A stretch of 64,000 bases of DNA from an uncultured Actinomycetes bacterium (lineage in GTDB: Bacteria > Actinomycetota > Acidimicrobiia > IMCC26256 > DASPTH01), in assembly GCA_963720785.1 (NCBI GenBank), contig CAVRGQ010000003.1, positions 188,905 to 252,904 of the forward strand. Direction: 5' to 3'. The notes below the pieces were generated by a model that ran no database searches, had not been told where the DNA came from, and worked only from the letters and a program-made list of their open reading frames with translations. Made by a program: the position numbers and the translations under genes. This document shows positions 9,362-19,927 of this stretch, in pieces; the stretch's first letter is position 1; each line of letters starts with the position of its first letter.

Positions 9362-10582
9362 ATGATGTACATGGCGTACCAGGCGCAGGCCGACCTCATG
9401 ACACCCGTGCGCGCGTTCGCCGACATCCTCCGTCAAGGATTCCGTCAGTTGCCCGCGCCGTTCGCCGATTCGCTCGTCGCGCGGAACCTCGCAGCCGGGT
9501 GCGAGCTGCTCGAGCGCGCGCACCTCACGCACTCGCGACCCCCGTTCGGCATCGACACGGTCAAGGGCCGTCGCCGCACGATGAACGTGCGCGAGGAGGC
9601 CACCGACGTGCAGGCCTTCGGCACGCTGCTCCACTTCAAGAAGGACAACCGTCTCCCGCAGCCGAAGGTGCTGCTCGTCGCGCCGTTGTCGGGGCACTTC
9701 GCCACGCTGCTGCGCGGCACCGTGCGCACGATGCTCGTCGAGCACGACGTCTACGTGACCGACTGGCACAACGCGCGCGACGTCGGCCTCGAGCACGGCC
9801 GCTTCGGCTTCGAGGAGTACGTGCAACAGATCATCGACTGGTTGGAGCTGCTCGGGCCCGGCACGCATCTCATGGCCGTGTGCCAGCCGTGCGTGCCCGC
9901 GCTGGTGGCCACGTCGGTGCTGGCGCAGGCCAAGAGCACCGCCCAGCCCGCGAGCCTCACGCTCATGGCCGGCCCGATCGACACGCGGGTCGCGCCCACC
10001 TCGGTGAACGAGCTGGCCGCGTCGCACCCGCTCGAGTGGTTCGAGCGCAACCTGATCACCAACGTGCCGTTGCGCTACCCGGGCCGGTTCCGTCGTGTGT
10101 ACCCGGGGTTCCTGCAGGTCGCGTCGTTCGTGACGATGAACCCCGAGCGCCACTTCAGCCAACACCGCGAGCTCTACCAGCACCTCGTCGACGGCGACGA
10201 GGAGTCGGCGCAGGTCATCGAGGACTTCTACGACGAGTACTTCGCCGTACTCGACATGACGGCCGAGTTCTACCTCGAGACCGTCGACATGGTCTTCCAA
10301 CGTCAGTTGCTGGCGAAGGGCGAGCTCGAGTTCAAGGGCCGGCTCGTGGAGCCGAAGGCGATCCGGGGCACCGCGCTGTTCACCGTCGAGGGCGAGCGCG
10401 ACGACATCTGCAGCCCCGGTCAGACCTACCCCGCGCACGACCTCTGCTCGTCGATCCGGCCGATGCACCGCCGCCACCACCTGCAGCCCGGCGTCGGCCA
10501 CTACGGCGTGTTCAACGGGCGCCGCTGGGAGACGCAGATCTACCCGCTGGTGCGCAACCACATCCTCGCCGCCAACGTCTGA
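9362..10582 (+). CDS. phaZ: intracellular polyhydroxyalkanoate depolymerase
   Basis: MMYMAYQAQADLMTPVRAF.. and ..LLVAPLSGHFATLLR..DVYVTDW.. match the PhaZ (TIGR01849-type) family over the full length. Confidence 0.82.
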   Translation: MMYMAYQAQADLMTPVRAFADILRQGFRQLPAPFADSLVARNLAAGCELLERAHLTHSRPPFGIDTVKGRRRTMNVREEATDVQAFGTLLHFKKDNRLPQPKVLLVAPLSGHFATLLRGTVRTMLVEHDVYVTDWHNARDVGLEHGRFGFEEYVQQIIDWLELLGPGTHLMAVCQPCVPALVATSVLAQAKSTAQPASLTLMAGPIDTRVAPTSVNELAASHPLEWFERNLITNVPLRYPGRFRRVYPGFLQVASFVTMNPERHFSQHRELYQHLVDGDEESAQVIEDFYDEYFAVLDMTAEFYLETVDMVFQRQLLAKGELEFKGRLVEPKAIRGTALFTVEGERDDICSPGQTYPAHDLCSSIRPMHRRHHLQPGVGHYGVFNGRRWETQIYPLVRNHILAANV

Positions 10583-10588
10583 GCGCCG

Positions 10589-11794
10589 ATGGTGATGGAG
10601 CCGCGGCCCGCCGTGGACGAAGCCGTCGCTGCAACCGGGACCGCACCGCTCGCCGGCGTGCGCGTGCTCGACCTGTCGCAGATCGTCGCCGGCCCGATCT
10701 GCGGACGCGTGCTCGCCGATCTCGGCGCCGAGGTGATCAAGGTCGAGGCGCCCAAGGGCGACGGCTCGCGGCTGTTTCCACCGGGCGGACCTCCCGCGGC
10801 CGGCGAGGGCCGGCCGGGTCCGTACTTCTCGCACATGAACGCGGGCAAGCGCGACGTGTGCATCGACGTGCGCACCGACGGCGGCGCCGCACTCGTGGTG
10901 CGGTTGGCCGAGGACTGCGACGTACTGCTCGAGAACTTCCGTCCCGGTGTGCTCGAGCGCCGCGGCCTCGGCGCCGACGCACTGCTCGCCCGCAATCCGC
11001 GGCTCGTGTACTGCTCGATCACCGGCTTCGGGGTCGACGGGCCGTGGGTGCACCGGCGAGTGGTGGCACCGGTGGCGTGGGCGGAGGCCGGGCGGGTGGA
11101 GCTCGACGCCCGCATGTACGGCGGCGAGGCTCGCCAGCCCGTGCACGTGGAGGGCGACCTCATCCCCGGCTTCATGGCCGTGAGCGCGGTGCTGGCCGCG
11201 TTGTACCAGCGCGAGCACACGGGCGCGGGCCAGCACCTCGACGTCGCCATGACCGAGGCGGTGGTGTACGCCGACGAGTGGGCGTCCACCGACCTCGCCG
11301 GGTACGACGGCCCGCGCATGCCCGACCAGTGGACCTATCCGGTGGTGACCGTCGCCGACGGCACGCAGGTCGCGCTGGTGGGTGACCCCACGCGCTTCTT
11401 CGCGACGTTCGCCGCCGCGGTGTGCGACGAGCCCATCGCCGAACCGCACGATCAGGAGGCGAAGCTGGTGCTGATCCGCGAGCTGTGCCGCGGGTAGAGG
11501 ATTTCGAGACGCTCGAGGCGCGGCTCGCGGCCACGCGCAACATGGCGGGGCGCGTGCGCAGTGTTGCGGAGCTCGCCGATTCCGAGTGGGCGGCGCACCG
11601 GGGTGTGTTCACCGAGATCGAGCCGGGGACGCGCGTGGTGACTGCGCCGTTCCGGTCGCGACACTCCGACATCGGCGTGCGTGGCCCCGCCCCCGCGCGG
11701 TGAGCACACGCGGGCGGTACTGGCCGAGATGCTCGGCCTCGACGACCGCGCGCTCGACGCGCTCGAGGCGAGCGGCGCCATCGAACAGGCGTAG
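10589..11794 (+). pseudogene. CaiB/BaiF family CoA transferase, two frameshifts as sequenced
   Basis: ..GVRVLDLSQIVAGPICG.. (frame of 10589) continues as VEDFETLEARL..SVAELADSEW.. (frame of 11422), then GEHTRAVLAEMLGLDDRALDALEASGAIEQA* (TAG 11792-11794). Confidence 0.8.
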
Positions 11795-11833
11795 TTCCCG
11801 GCCGCCGCGCCGCTCAGGGGCCAGGCCGCGCCG

Positions 11834-12559
11834 TCAGAGAAACGCGCGGGCCACACGGACCGCGGCCACCGCGAGTTCGCCGTCGCACGTCAGCGGTGCG
11901 GGCTCGGGGGCGCGCCACCGCTGGGTGACGACCCGGCACCACACGCCGGCGTCGCCGCGCACGGTCGCCGACGCGTCGGCGGGTTCGGGTCCGTACACCC
12001 ACGCCGTGCCCGACGGTGCGAGGAGGTCGACCCGCAGGGTGTCGGGCGGTGCCGGTGGCTCCTTCCCGGCGACCACGAACGCTACGGTGAGCGACCGCCA
12101 GCCGAGGCGAGCCACGTGCACGAGCCGGTCGGTGTCGACCGGAGTGACCCCCGCCGCGGCGAAGCAGTCGAGTCCGTGAGCCCAGGTCTCCATCAACCGC
12201 GCCGTGGCGAGTGAGCGCACCGCCATGTGCCGCCGACCCCATGGCACGCGGTCGCGGTCGTCGCGCGCGGCGAACGCGGCGAGCGTCGCGCGCCGGGCCG
12301 TGCGCCACGTGTCGAGCAACGCGGCGGGGTCGTCGGGCGCGGTGAACGGGAAGGGACCCGAGGCGACCGGGTCGCGTCCGTCGACCACACTCGCGTGCGC
12401 GAGCAGCTCCGCCAGTGCGAGGTGGGCCACCGTGTCGTGCACCGTCCACCCGTCGGCCGGGGTCGGGGCGCGCCACTGATCGTCGTCGAGTGACGCGAGC
12501 AGTTCGTCGAGCGCCTGCTGCTCGGCGGTGAGGTCCGCGAGCAGTGCGAGGTCGTCCAC
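11834..12559 (-). CDS. mycothiol-dependent maleylpyruvate isomerase family protein (TIGR03084-like)
   Basis: GTG at 12559 (VDDLALLADLTAEQQALDELL..WTVHDTVAHL..), 8 nt after the upstream stop. Confidence 0.8.
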   Translation of the reverse strand: MDDLALLADLTAEQQALDELLASLDDDQWRAPTPADGWTVHDTVAHLALAELLAHASVVDGRDPVASGPFPFTAPDDPAALLDTWRTARRATLAAFAARDDRDRVPWGRRHMAVRSLATARLMETWAHGLDCFAAAGVTPVDTDRLVHVARLGWRSLTVAFVVAGKEPPAPPDTLRVDLLAPSGTAWVYGPEPADASATVRGDAGVWCRVVTQRWRAPEPAPLTCDGELAVAAVRVARAFL

Positions 12560-12567
12560 GGCCGGGC

Positions 12568-13647
12568 TCAGACCTCGTCGAGGAGTTGCTCCAGCACCAT
12601 GGCCGGCGGGTTGTCGCGCCAGATGGTGTGGTCCTCGGGCATGAGGCCGCGGTCGACGGCGCGGTTCATCACCCGCACCACGATGGCGCAGTAGCGCACC
12701 GCCGCGCAGATCTCCCACCACTCGATGTCGCGCACGGTGCGCCCGGACGCGCGCTCGTAGGCCGCGAGCTGTTGGTCGCGGGTGAGGTCGCCGTCGAGGC
12801 GCGGCAGGCCGGGCCACTCGTGCATGGTGCGGTCGAACATGATCCACCAGCCGACGTCGAGCTCGGGCGGCGCGATCGACGCGGCCTCGAAGTCGGTCGC
12901 GCACACCACCTCGAAGTCGACGAAGCGCAGGTTGCCCGGGCGCGGGTCGCCCCAGCACAGCCCGACCGGGCTCGGCGTGACGGGGTGGGTGTGCAGGTAC
13001 TCCCAGCCGCGCGCCATCACGGGGTGCACGCGGTCGCGCAGCTCGTCGCGCCCGTAGCGCTCCCACAACGCGAGCTGCTGCTCGATCCCGGGGGTCGTGC
13101 CCGGCGCGACGAGGAAGTCGAGGCCGGCGGCGCGCCAGTCGACCTCGTGCACCGCCGCGACGGTGGCGAGGCCCCGCTCGAGGAGCTGGGTGCGCTGTGG
13201 GGCCGTCGCCGCCGCGAAGAAGCCGCTGCCCGCGTAGGGCGGGTCCTCCACCGGGACGTCGCCGGGCACGAAGCCCATCACGAAGAACGGTGCACCGAGG
13301 ACCGCGGCGTCGGCCTCGTAGCCGAGCATCGGCGCAACCGGCACCGCCGAGCTGCGGCCGAGCGCGTCCATGATCCGGTACTGCAGCTCGATCTCGACCT
13401 GCCAGCCCGGCACCTGCACCGGGTACACCGGCGGCTCGGGACTCTCGCGCCGCAGCACGACCTTGTCGGCCTGCTCGACGCCGTCCCGCGTGAGCACGGT
13501 GTCGACCACCAACGTCTCCGCCGAGAAGCCCGAGCTGGCCCCGGTGGTACCGGCGACCGTCGCGGCCTCGACGCCGGGGAGGTGCGCGGCGAGCCAGCCG
13601 CCGAGGGGCGCCATCCACTCCGGGACGTCGGCTGCGGGACCGGACAT
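12568..13647 (-). CDS. phosphotransferase (APH/choline-kinase-like) family protein
   Basis: ATG 13647 preceded by gggaggtg. Catalytic ..LCWGDPRPGNLRF.. and ..DFEAAS.. motifs. Confidence 0.85.
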   Translation of the reverse strand: MSGPAADVPEWMAPLGGWLAAHLPGVEAATVAGTTGASSGFSAETLVVDTVLTRDGVEQADKVVLRRESPEPPVYPVQVPGWQVEIELQYRIMDALGRSSAVPVAPMLGYEADAAVLGAPFFVMGFVPGDVPVEDPPYAGSGFFAAATAPQRTQLLERGLATVAAVHEVDWRAAGLDFLVAPGTTPGIEQQLALWERYGRDELRDRVHPVMARGWEYLHTHPVTPSPVGLCWGDPRPGNLRFVDFEVVCATDFEAASIAPPELDVGWWIMFDRTMHEWPGLPRLDGDLTRDQQLAAYERASGRTVRDIEWWEICAAVRYCAIVVRVMNRAVDRGLMPEDHTIWRDNPPAMVLEQLLDEV

Positions 13648-13648
13648 G

Positions 13649-14425
13649 TCAGGCACCTCCCATGGTGGAGCCGGGCGCCGGAAGCGCGAGCACGTAGCGC
13701 AGGTCGACCGGCGACGTGATCGCCACCACCACCGACGACGCGCAGTCGTCGACGTTCATCGCGCCCGGGCCGTTGTCGTGGGTGTAGCCCCGGCCGATCC
13801 ACTCGGCCGAGAGCTCACCGAGCAGTTCGCGGTCCCAGTTGGCGAAGACGTCGGTGCCGAGGGTCTGGCCCACCGCAACGCTCGAGAACCCCACCTCCGG
13901 GTGCTCCGCCCGCCACCCCCGCACCAGTTCCTCGAGCGCGGCCTTGCTCGCGTCGTAGGCGACCATCCCCGGCAGCGGGCGCCCGACCGCGGACGCCGAG
14001 ATGTACACGGCGCGCCCGCCGCCCTTCCGTGCGCAGGCCTGCAGGTGCGGCAGCCCAGCGCGGGTGACGAGGCTCGCCCCGATCACGTTGGTGGAGAACA
14101 CGTCGTTCCACAGCTCGGCGTCGGTGTCGCGGATGCGGCGCAGCGGGTCGATGGCGGTGGAGTACACGAAGCTGTCGAGCCCGCCGAGGTGCTCGACCGT
14201 GGCCGCAACCACGGCGTCGCACTGTTCGGGCTCGCGCACGTCGCAGCGGACGCCGTGGGCCCGTCCTCCGGAGGCCTCGATCGCCGCGACGCCTTCGGCG
14301 AGCTTGTCCTCGCGCCGCCCGGCCAGCACTACGTGCGCCCCGCCGGCGGCGCACTGGCGCGCGACGGCGAGGCCGATGCCGGAGGTGGCGCCCACCACCA
14401 GGATGCGGGCTCCCTGCAACTCCAC
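13649..14425 (-). CDS. SDR family oxidoreductase
   Basis: GTG 14425 (VELQGARILVVGATSGIGLAV..), two nt downstream of the upstream stop codon (TGA 14428-14430). Y-x3-K (YDASKAAL). Confidence 0.85.
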   Translation of the reverse strand: MELQGARILVVGATSGIGLAVARQCAAGGAHVVLAGRREDKLAEGVAAIEASGGRAHGVRCDVREPEQCDAVVAATVEHLGGLDSFVYSTAIDPLRRIRDTDAELWNDVFSTNVIGASLVTRAGLPHLQACARKGGGRAVYISASAVGRPLPGMVAYDASKAALEELVRGWRAEHPEVGFSSVAVGQTLGTDVFANWDRELLGELSAEWIGRGYTHDNGPGAMNVDDCASSVVVAITSPVDLRYVLALPAPGSTMGGA

Positions 14426-14427
14426 GA

Positions 14428-15345
14428 TCAGCTCCCCTCGGCCGGGCGGGCCCGGTACACCTCGTGGCCGCGGCCGTCGAGCACCGCGGCGCCGGGCAGG
14501 TGCAGGCCGTACTCGGCCGCGACCTCGGTGGCGATCCGGAGGTCCTTCTCCAGCACCTCGGCCGCGATGCGCATGTGGTGCTCCTCGAACGCGTCGCCGG
14601 GCGTGGAACGACGCCGCTCGTAGATCTCGGCGAGGATCGCCGATTGCGGCGACAGCGTGCCGGTGTGCTCGGTGACCTCCTGCACGAGGCCGTCGGCCAC
14701 TCCGGCGACGCGTGCCAGCTCCAGTGCCTCGATGGTGGCGAGGTAGCCGCCGTAGACCATCACGTTGTGGGCGAGCTTGAGCACCGCGCCGCTGCCGAGC
14801 GGACCGGTGTGCAGTGCCCGGCCGGCGAAGGTGCGCAGCACCGGAGCGACGCGGGCGAACTCGGCGTCGGTGCCGCCGACCACCACCCACAAGAGGCCTT
14901 GCGGGATGTGCTCACGACCCTGGCCGACCATCGGCGCGTCGACGAGGGTGACGCCCTGCGCCGCGGCGGCCGCGGCGAGCCGGGTGACGGTGTGCGGGTG
15001 CACGGTCGACAGCACGGCCACTGCGAGGCCGGGGCGGGCCGACTGCAGGATGCCGCCGGGCCCGGTGAGCACCTCCTCACACTGCGCGTCGTTCTGGACG
15101 CACACGAGCACGGTGTCGGTGACGGCCGCGACGTCGGCCGGGCTCGCGGCCGGTCGTGCCCCGGCGGCCGCCGCCTCCTGGACCGCCTCCGGCCGGACGT
15201 CGTGTACCGCGATCCGGTAGCCGACGCCGGCGATGTGCTCGGCGATCTTGGAGCCGATGATCCCGAGGCCGATCAGGCCGATCGTGCCCGGCTCGCCCGG
15301 CGGTCGCCCAGTGTCGGTCACGTTGTCGGTCACGTTGTCGGTCAC
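14428..15345 (-). CDS. NAD(P)-dependent oxidoreductase, beta-hydroxyacid (3-hydroxyisobutyrate) dehydrogenase family
   Basis: ..IGLIGLGIIGSKIAEHI.. Rossmann motif and conserved ..GPLGSGAVLKLAHN.. Start uncertain among three repeated GTGs (15345/15333/15321). Confidence 0.8.
   Translation of the reverse strand: MTDNVTDNVTDTGRPPGEPGTIGLIGLGIIGSKIAEHIAGVGYRIAVHDVRPEAVQEAAAAGARPAASPADVAAVTDTVLVCVQNDAQCEEVLTGPGGILQSARPGLAVAVLSTVHPHTVTRLAAAAAAQGVTLVDAPMVGQGREHIPQGLLWVVVGGTDAEFARVAPVLRTFAGRALHTGPLGSGAVLKLAHNVMVYGGYLATIEALELARVAGVADGLVQEVTEHTGTLSPQSAILAEIYERRRSTPGDAFEEHHMRIAAEVLEKDLRIATEVAAEYGLHLPGAAVLDGRGHEVYRARPAEGS
15313..15345. repeat. 12-bp tandem repeat x2.75 at the 5' end of the dehydrogenase gene
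   Basis: gtcggtcacgtt gtcggtcacgtt gtcggtcac. Encodes VTDNVTDNVTD; each unit carries a potential GTG start. Confidence 0.9.
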
Positions 15346-15425
15346 GGGCGGGAGGCTACAGAACCCACCGACCACGAACACTGCGAACACTCTGTGACCG
15401 CATCGTGAACGGGGATCGGATCGCG

Positions 15426-15443
15426 TTGACAGTTTGTTGAATC
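15426..15443 (+). promoter_or_regulatory. operator/-35-like motif TTGACAgttTGTTGAATC upstream of amidohydrolase A
   Basis: Imperfect 6-3-6 inverted repeat. The 15-nt core ends 21 nt before ATG 15462. Related site at 27278-27295. Confidence 0.45.
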
Positions 15444-15461
15444 GCCCGCAGGCTCCGTCCC

Positions 15462-16869
15462 ATGACGACGCTCCTGCGCAACGGCATCGTGCTGCCCATG
15501 ACCGGCGGGCCGGGCACGGACGGCGCCCGCCGCTCCGCCGCGGCCGCGCTCGACCCCGGTTCGGTGCTGGTCGACGGCGACACCATCGTGGCGGTCGGCC
15601 CCGTGGCCGAGCTCGACGCCGATCCCCGCGCCGCGGGCGCCGAGGTGGTGGACCTCACCGGCCACGCGGTGATCCCCGGCCTGCACAACTGCCACCTCCA
15701 CTCGGGCCTGCTGCGGGGCACCGCGGAGTCGTTGTCGTTGTGGGACTGGCTGCGCACCTACGTGGACCCGGCGCACCGGGCGCTCACCCCGGAGATCGCC
15801 CGCATCGCGTCGTTGCACTGCTACGCCGAGAGCCTGCTGGCCGGCACGACCAGCGTGATGGACATGTGGCGCTCCATGGAGGGATCGGCGCACGTGGCCG
15901 CCGAACTCGGGATCCGCGCCACCCTCGTGCCCTACGTGGCCGACGAGGAAGGGTACGACTACTTCGAGTCGATCGAGTCGAACCGTGCGTTGCTCGAGAC
16001 CCACCGCAGCGTGGCCGACGGGCGGGTGCGCACGTGGGTGGGTCTCGAACATCTCTTCTACTGCACGCCCGCGGCGTTCGAGGCCGCCGCCGCGCTCGCC
16101 GAGGAGTTCGACACCGGGATCCACACGCACTCGTCGGAGTCGATCTGGGAGGTGCAGGAATCCCTCGCGCGCTTCGGTCGTCGCCCGATCGAGGTGTTCC
16201 ACCAACGCGGCATCCTCGGTCGCGCGCACCGTGGTGGCGCACTGTGTGTGGCTCGACGATCGCGAGATCCAACTCCTCGCGCAGACGGGCACCTCGGTGG
16301 CGCACTGCCCGTGCTCGAACATGAAGCTGTCGTCGGGGCCGGCGCGCATCGGCGACCTGCGGCACGCGGGCGTGTCGGTGGGCCTCGGCAGTGACGGCGA
16401 GAAGGAGAACAACACGCTCGACATCATCGAGGAGATGAAGTTCGCGTCGTTGCTGCAGAAGGTGTCGACGCTCGATCCCACGACGGGCGACCCCTGGGAC
16501 GTGCTCACCATGGCGACGATCGAGGGCGCGGCCGCACTCGGCCTCGACGCAGTGACGGGATCCCTCGAACCCGGCAAGCGGGCCGACATCGTGAGCGTGA
16601 ACCTCACCGGACTGCACACCACGCCCCTCCTCCATGGCGACGACTTCAATGCCGCCGCGCACCTCGTGTTCTCGGCGAGTGGCGCCGACGTGCGCGACGT
16701 GTGGGTGGACGGCCGGCGCATCGTGGCTGGCGGATCGCCGACCACGTTCGACGTCGCATCGGTGCGGGCCGAGGCCCAAGCTGCGGCCGAGGAGCTGTTC
16801 GAGCGCCGGGCGGCGTTGGGTGAGGCGCCGCCGACTCCCTCGACGACGTCGTCCACGCTGCCGGCCTGA
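15462..16869 (+). pseudogene. TRZ/ATZ-family amidohydrolase (aminohydrolase/deaminase type), frameshifted as sequenced
   Basis: ..VIPGLHNCHLHSG..IHTHSSES..FHQRGILG (ORF 15462) continues as ..TVVAHCVWLDDREIQLL..GLGSDGEKENN.. (ORF 15985). Extra base in cgcgcgc 16221-16227. Confidence 0.8.
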
Positions 16870-16893
16870 CGTCGCGTCGTCGCCTCCTCTCCC

Positions 16894-18287
16894 GTGCGCA
16901 CGCTCCTCGCCGGCATCGAGCACCTCTGCACGTTCGACGAGCGGCGCCGACGAGTGGGCCGTCGCCCGCCGGCACCGAGTTGCGCGACGCGCAAGTGACC
17001 GTCGTGGACGGCGTGATCGAACAGGTGGCGCCGAACGGCACGCCCCCGCCCGGCCCGGTGGACCAGACGATCGACGGCACCGGCCTCGTGGTGCTCCCCG
17101 GGTTGATCAACGCCCACCAGCACCTGTACCAGGGCGCGTGTCGCGCGGTGCCCACGCTCGAGCGGGCTCTCATCGGCCCGTGGCTCGGGGGCCTCGGCGC
17201 GCTCGTGAAGGGGTGGTACGCCGACGGCCGCTTCGGCCCCGACGCGGTGCAGGCGATCAGCGCGGCGGTGCTCACGGAGTCGTTGCTCGGCGGCGTGACC
17301 ACCGTGGCCGACCAGCACTACTTCTTCCCGACCGGTGAGTCGCTGCCCTACGTGGAGGCGACGGTGGCCGCGACCACCGAGGTGGGCGTGCGCCTCCACG
17401 CGTGCCGGGGCTCCATCACCATGGGCCCCGACCCCGACGTGACCCAGACGGTGGACGAGGTGGTCGCCCACTCCGCCGCGTTGATCCGCGCCATCCACGA
17501 TCCCGAGCCGGGCGCCCGCGTGCGGGTGGCGCTCGCACCCTGCGGCCCGCACGTGGACGAGTTGGCGTTGTTCGACGAGCTCGCCGCGCTCGCGGCCGAC
17601 CACGACGCGGTGCGCCTGCACACTCATCTCTACGAGCACGTGGACACCGATGCCTGCCGCGCCCGGTACGACGCGACACCGTGGGAGATCCTGCAGGGGC
17701 ACGGCTGGGCCCAGGACCGCACGTGGATCGCGCACGTGGTGGACGTCCCCCACCACGAGATCGCGGAGATGGCCGCCGCCGGAGTGGCCGTCGCCCACCT
17801 GGTGGCCCCCGACTTGCGCATGGGCTGGGGGCTCGCCCCACTCCGCCAGTTCCTCGACGCCGGTTGCACGGTGGGCTTCGGCACCACCGGCTCCGCGTCG
17901 AACGACGGTGCCAACCTGCTCGGCGACCTGCGCATCGCCGCCCTCGCGCACCGTTCCTCCGATCCCGACGACCCGGATCGCTGGCCCACCGCCCGCGAGC
18001 TCCTCCACGCCGCGACCCGCGGTTCCGCAGCGTGCCTCGGCCGCGACGACCTCGGTGCCATCGCTCCCGGCATGCGCGCCGATCTCGCCGGCTGGGATCT
18101 CCGCACCGTGGACCGGGTCGGCGTGCACGATCCCGTCGCCGGTCTCCTGCTCACGGGGTTGTCGTCGCCCGCGTCGCTCGTGATGGTCGAGGGCGAGGTG
18201 CTCGTCCATCGGGGCGAGACCACCCGGCTCGACGTGGCCGCGGTCGCCGCCCGGGCCCGCGCCGCCGTACCGCCGCTGCCACACTGA
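16894..18287 (+). pseudogene. amidohydrolase, 8-oxoguanine/isoxanthopterin-deaminase-like; 5' end probably frameshifted
   Basis: Body ..VLPGLINAHQHLYQG..LHTHLYEH..GTTGSASND.. in ORF 16980..18287. A typical N-terminus VRTLLAGIEHLCTFDE starts at GTG 16894 in another frame (shift about 16938-16975). Confidence 0.7.
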
Positions 18288-18292
18288 CGTGA

Positions 18293-19424
18293 TCATGTCG
18301 CGAGGGTCATCGGGTCGAGTCGTCGTCGGGCGCGTTCTTCCTGGGTGACGATGCGCAGGGTGAGGCCGTCGGGCTGGTTGGGGTTGCCGTCGAGCACGTA
18401 GTCGCCGTGCGGGACCAACAGACCGTGGTGGTACGCGCAGACCGCCGCGAGATTCGACGTGTCGTCGGTTCCGCCCCATGAGCTGGGGTGGAGGTGATGC
18501 ACCTGGAGTCTGAGCCGCCGGTTGCAACCCGGCCATCGACATCGCCCGTCTCTGCGCACCACCGCTCGTCGGCGCTTCTGCGACACGAACGTACGGGCGC
18601 GGTCCTCGTGGATCGGCACACCCTCGTCGTCCACCACTCGCAGGTGCACCCGCGCGTTCGGCACGCGCGGCGTCGACCCATTCGTCGGGCAACGGCACCC
18701 CACACATCGTCGCCTCGCCGTCGAGCGAGATGTCGACGTGGATGTCAACCCGCGCACCGACCGTCGCGTTCTCGGCGCTGTCCTCGGCGCCGGCTTCCAT
18801 CTGACACAACCCGATGAGCACGTCGGCCTGGCGTCGGTCCAGCGGTTCCCACGCTTCACCCGTTGCCGGCTTCATCCGTTCGGTGACCAGGTCGAAGAAC
18901 GACTCCACGATCGCGCCGCCGTGCTCCAACGGCAGCTCGAACCGGCCACACAAGAACCCAGCGTCGTCACGCCACTTCCGCAACGACCGCCGGTTCCGCC
19001 GCTTCACCGAGTTCCGACGCGATTCCTCGCGCCGGCGGTCCCGTGCCATGCGCTGCAGATCGAGCGGCGACGTGCGCTTCGCCGTCTCCGCGATCTCCTC
19101 GTCGTCACCGTCGTCGCCGACGAGATCCGTCGCCGGATCGAGCTGATCCTGACTCAACTCCCCGTTCATCGCCGCGTTCCCGAGGTTCGGCAGCTCTTCG
19201 AGCTTCTTCGCCGTCTTGCGTTTCCGCTGCGACTTCGCCTCGGTCTCGCCGTCCTTCGCGGCCTGATCCTTCGCCAACGCATCGCGCTCGTCGAGCACCA
19301 CCGTGTGCGCGAGCTCCACCGCCCGCCACCTGCGCTGCTCACGAATCGCTTCGTCGCGACCCGCGTGCAACTCCTCGGTGTCCATGCACCTCAGTTCGAA
19401 CAACAACTCGTTGAACGTGCTCAC
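18293..19424 (-). pseudogene. DUF222-type HNH endonuclease (REP13E12-like), frameshifted as sequenced
   Basis: N-terminal part VSTFNELLFELRCMDTEELH..GVPLPDEWVDA lies inside giant ORF 15342..20357. C-terminal HNH part ..RCRWPGCNRRLRLQVHHLHPSSWGGTDDTSNLAAVCAYHH.. is in ORF 18293..18859. Junction at 18655-18672. Confidence 0.75.
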
Positions 19425-19547
19425 GAACCCATCCAAACAGAGGGGTACGACAGTTATCACCCGAACCGGACGGGAACGCCGAAGAAGTTCTTCCGCGACG
19501 AGAGGCGCGCGCGGTTGACGTCGCGTGGTGAGGGGTACTCGCACTGC

Positions 19548-19901
19548 ATGACGATCGACAACGCACTCGCCAGCCTCGCGGTGAGCGATCTCGAGGCTGC
19601 ATCCCGCTTCTACGCGCGGTTGCTCGGTCCGGGCACCGTCGCCATGCCCGAGGTCATGGAGTGGCAGTTCGAGCGCGGCGGTGGCCTCCAGGTGTACACC
19701 GCGCCCGAGTGCGCGGGTCAGGGCTCGTGCACGCTCGTGGTGAACGACATCGACGAGATCGCCCGCCACTTGCGCGCCACCGGGATCGCGGAAGACGCGG
19801 AGCCCACGCGCGACGAGGTGGTCGACACGCTGATGATCAAGGACCCGGACGGCAACTCGATCGCGTTCTCGAACCCGAAGTCGCCCGGCCTCGCCCGCTG
19901 A
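19548..19901 (+). CDS. VOC family protein
   Basis: ATG 19548. MTIDNALASLAVSDLEAASRFYARLLG..MIKDPDGNSIAF.. (117 aa). Confidence 0.8.
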   Translation: MTIDNALASLAVSDLEAASRFYARLLGPGTVAMPEVMEWQFERGGGLQVYTAPECAGQGSCTLVVNDIDEIARHLRATGIAEDAEPTRDEVVDTLMIKDPDGNSIAFSNPKSPGLAR

Positions 19902-19927
19902 CCGAGTCGGCGAGCGCCCCGCCGCGA

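Noticed and set aside
9182-11449. 755-aa minus-strand ORF
   Set aside because: It is antisense to the PhaZ and CoA-transferase genes, which have clear family signatures. It has no recognisable motifs, so it is a high-GC artefact.
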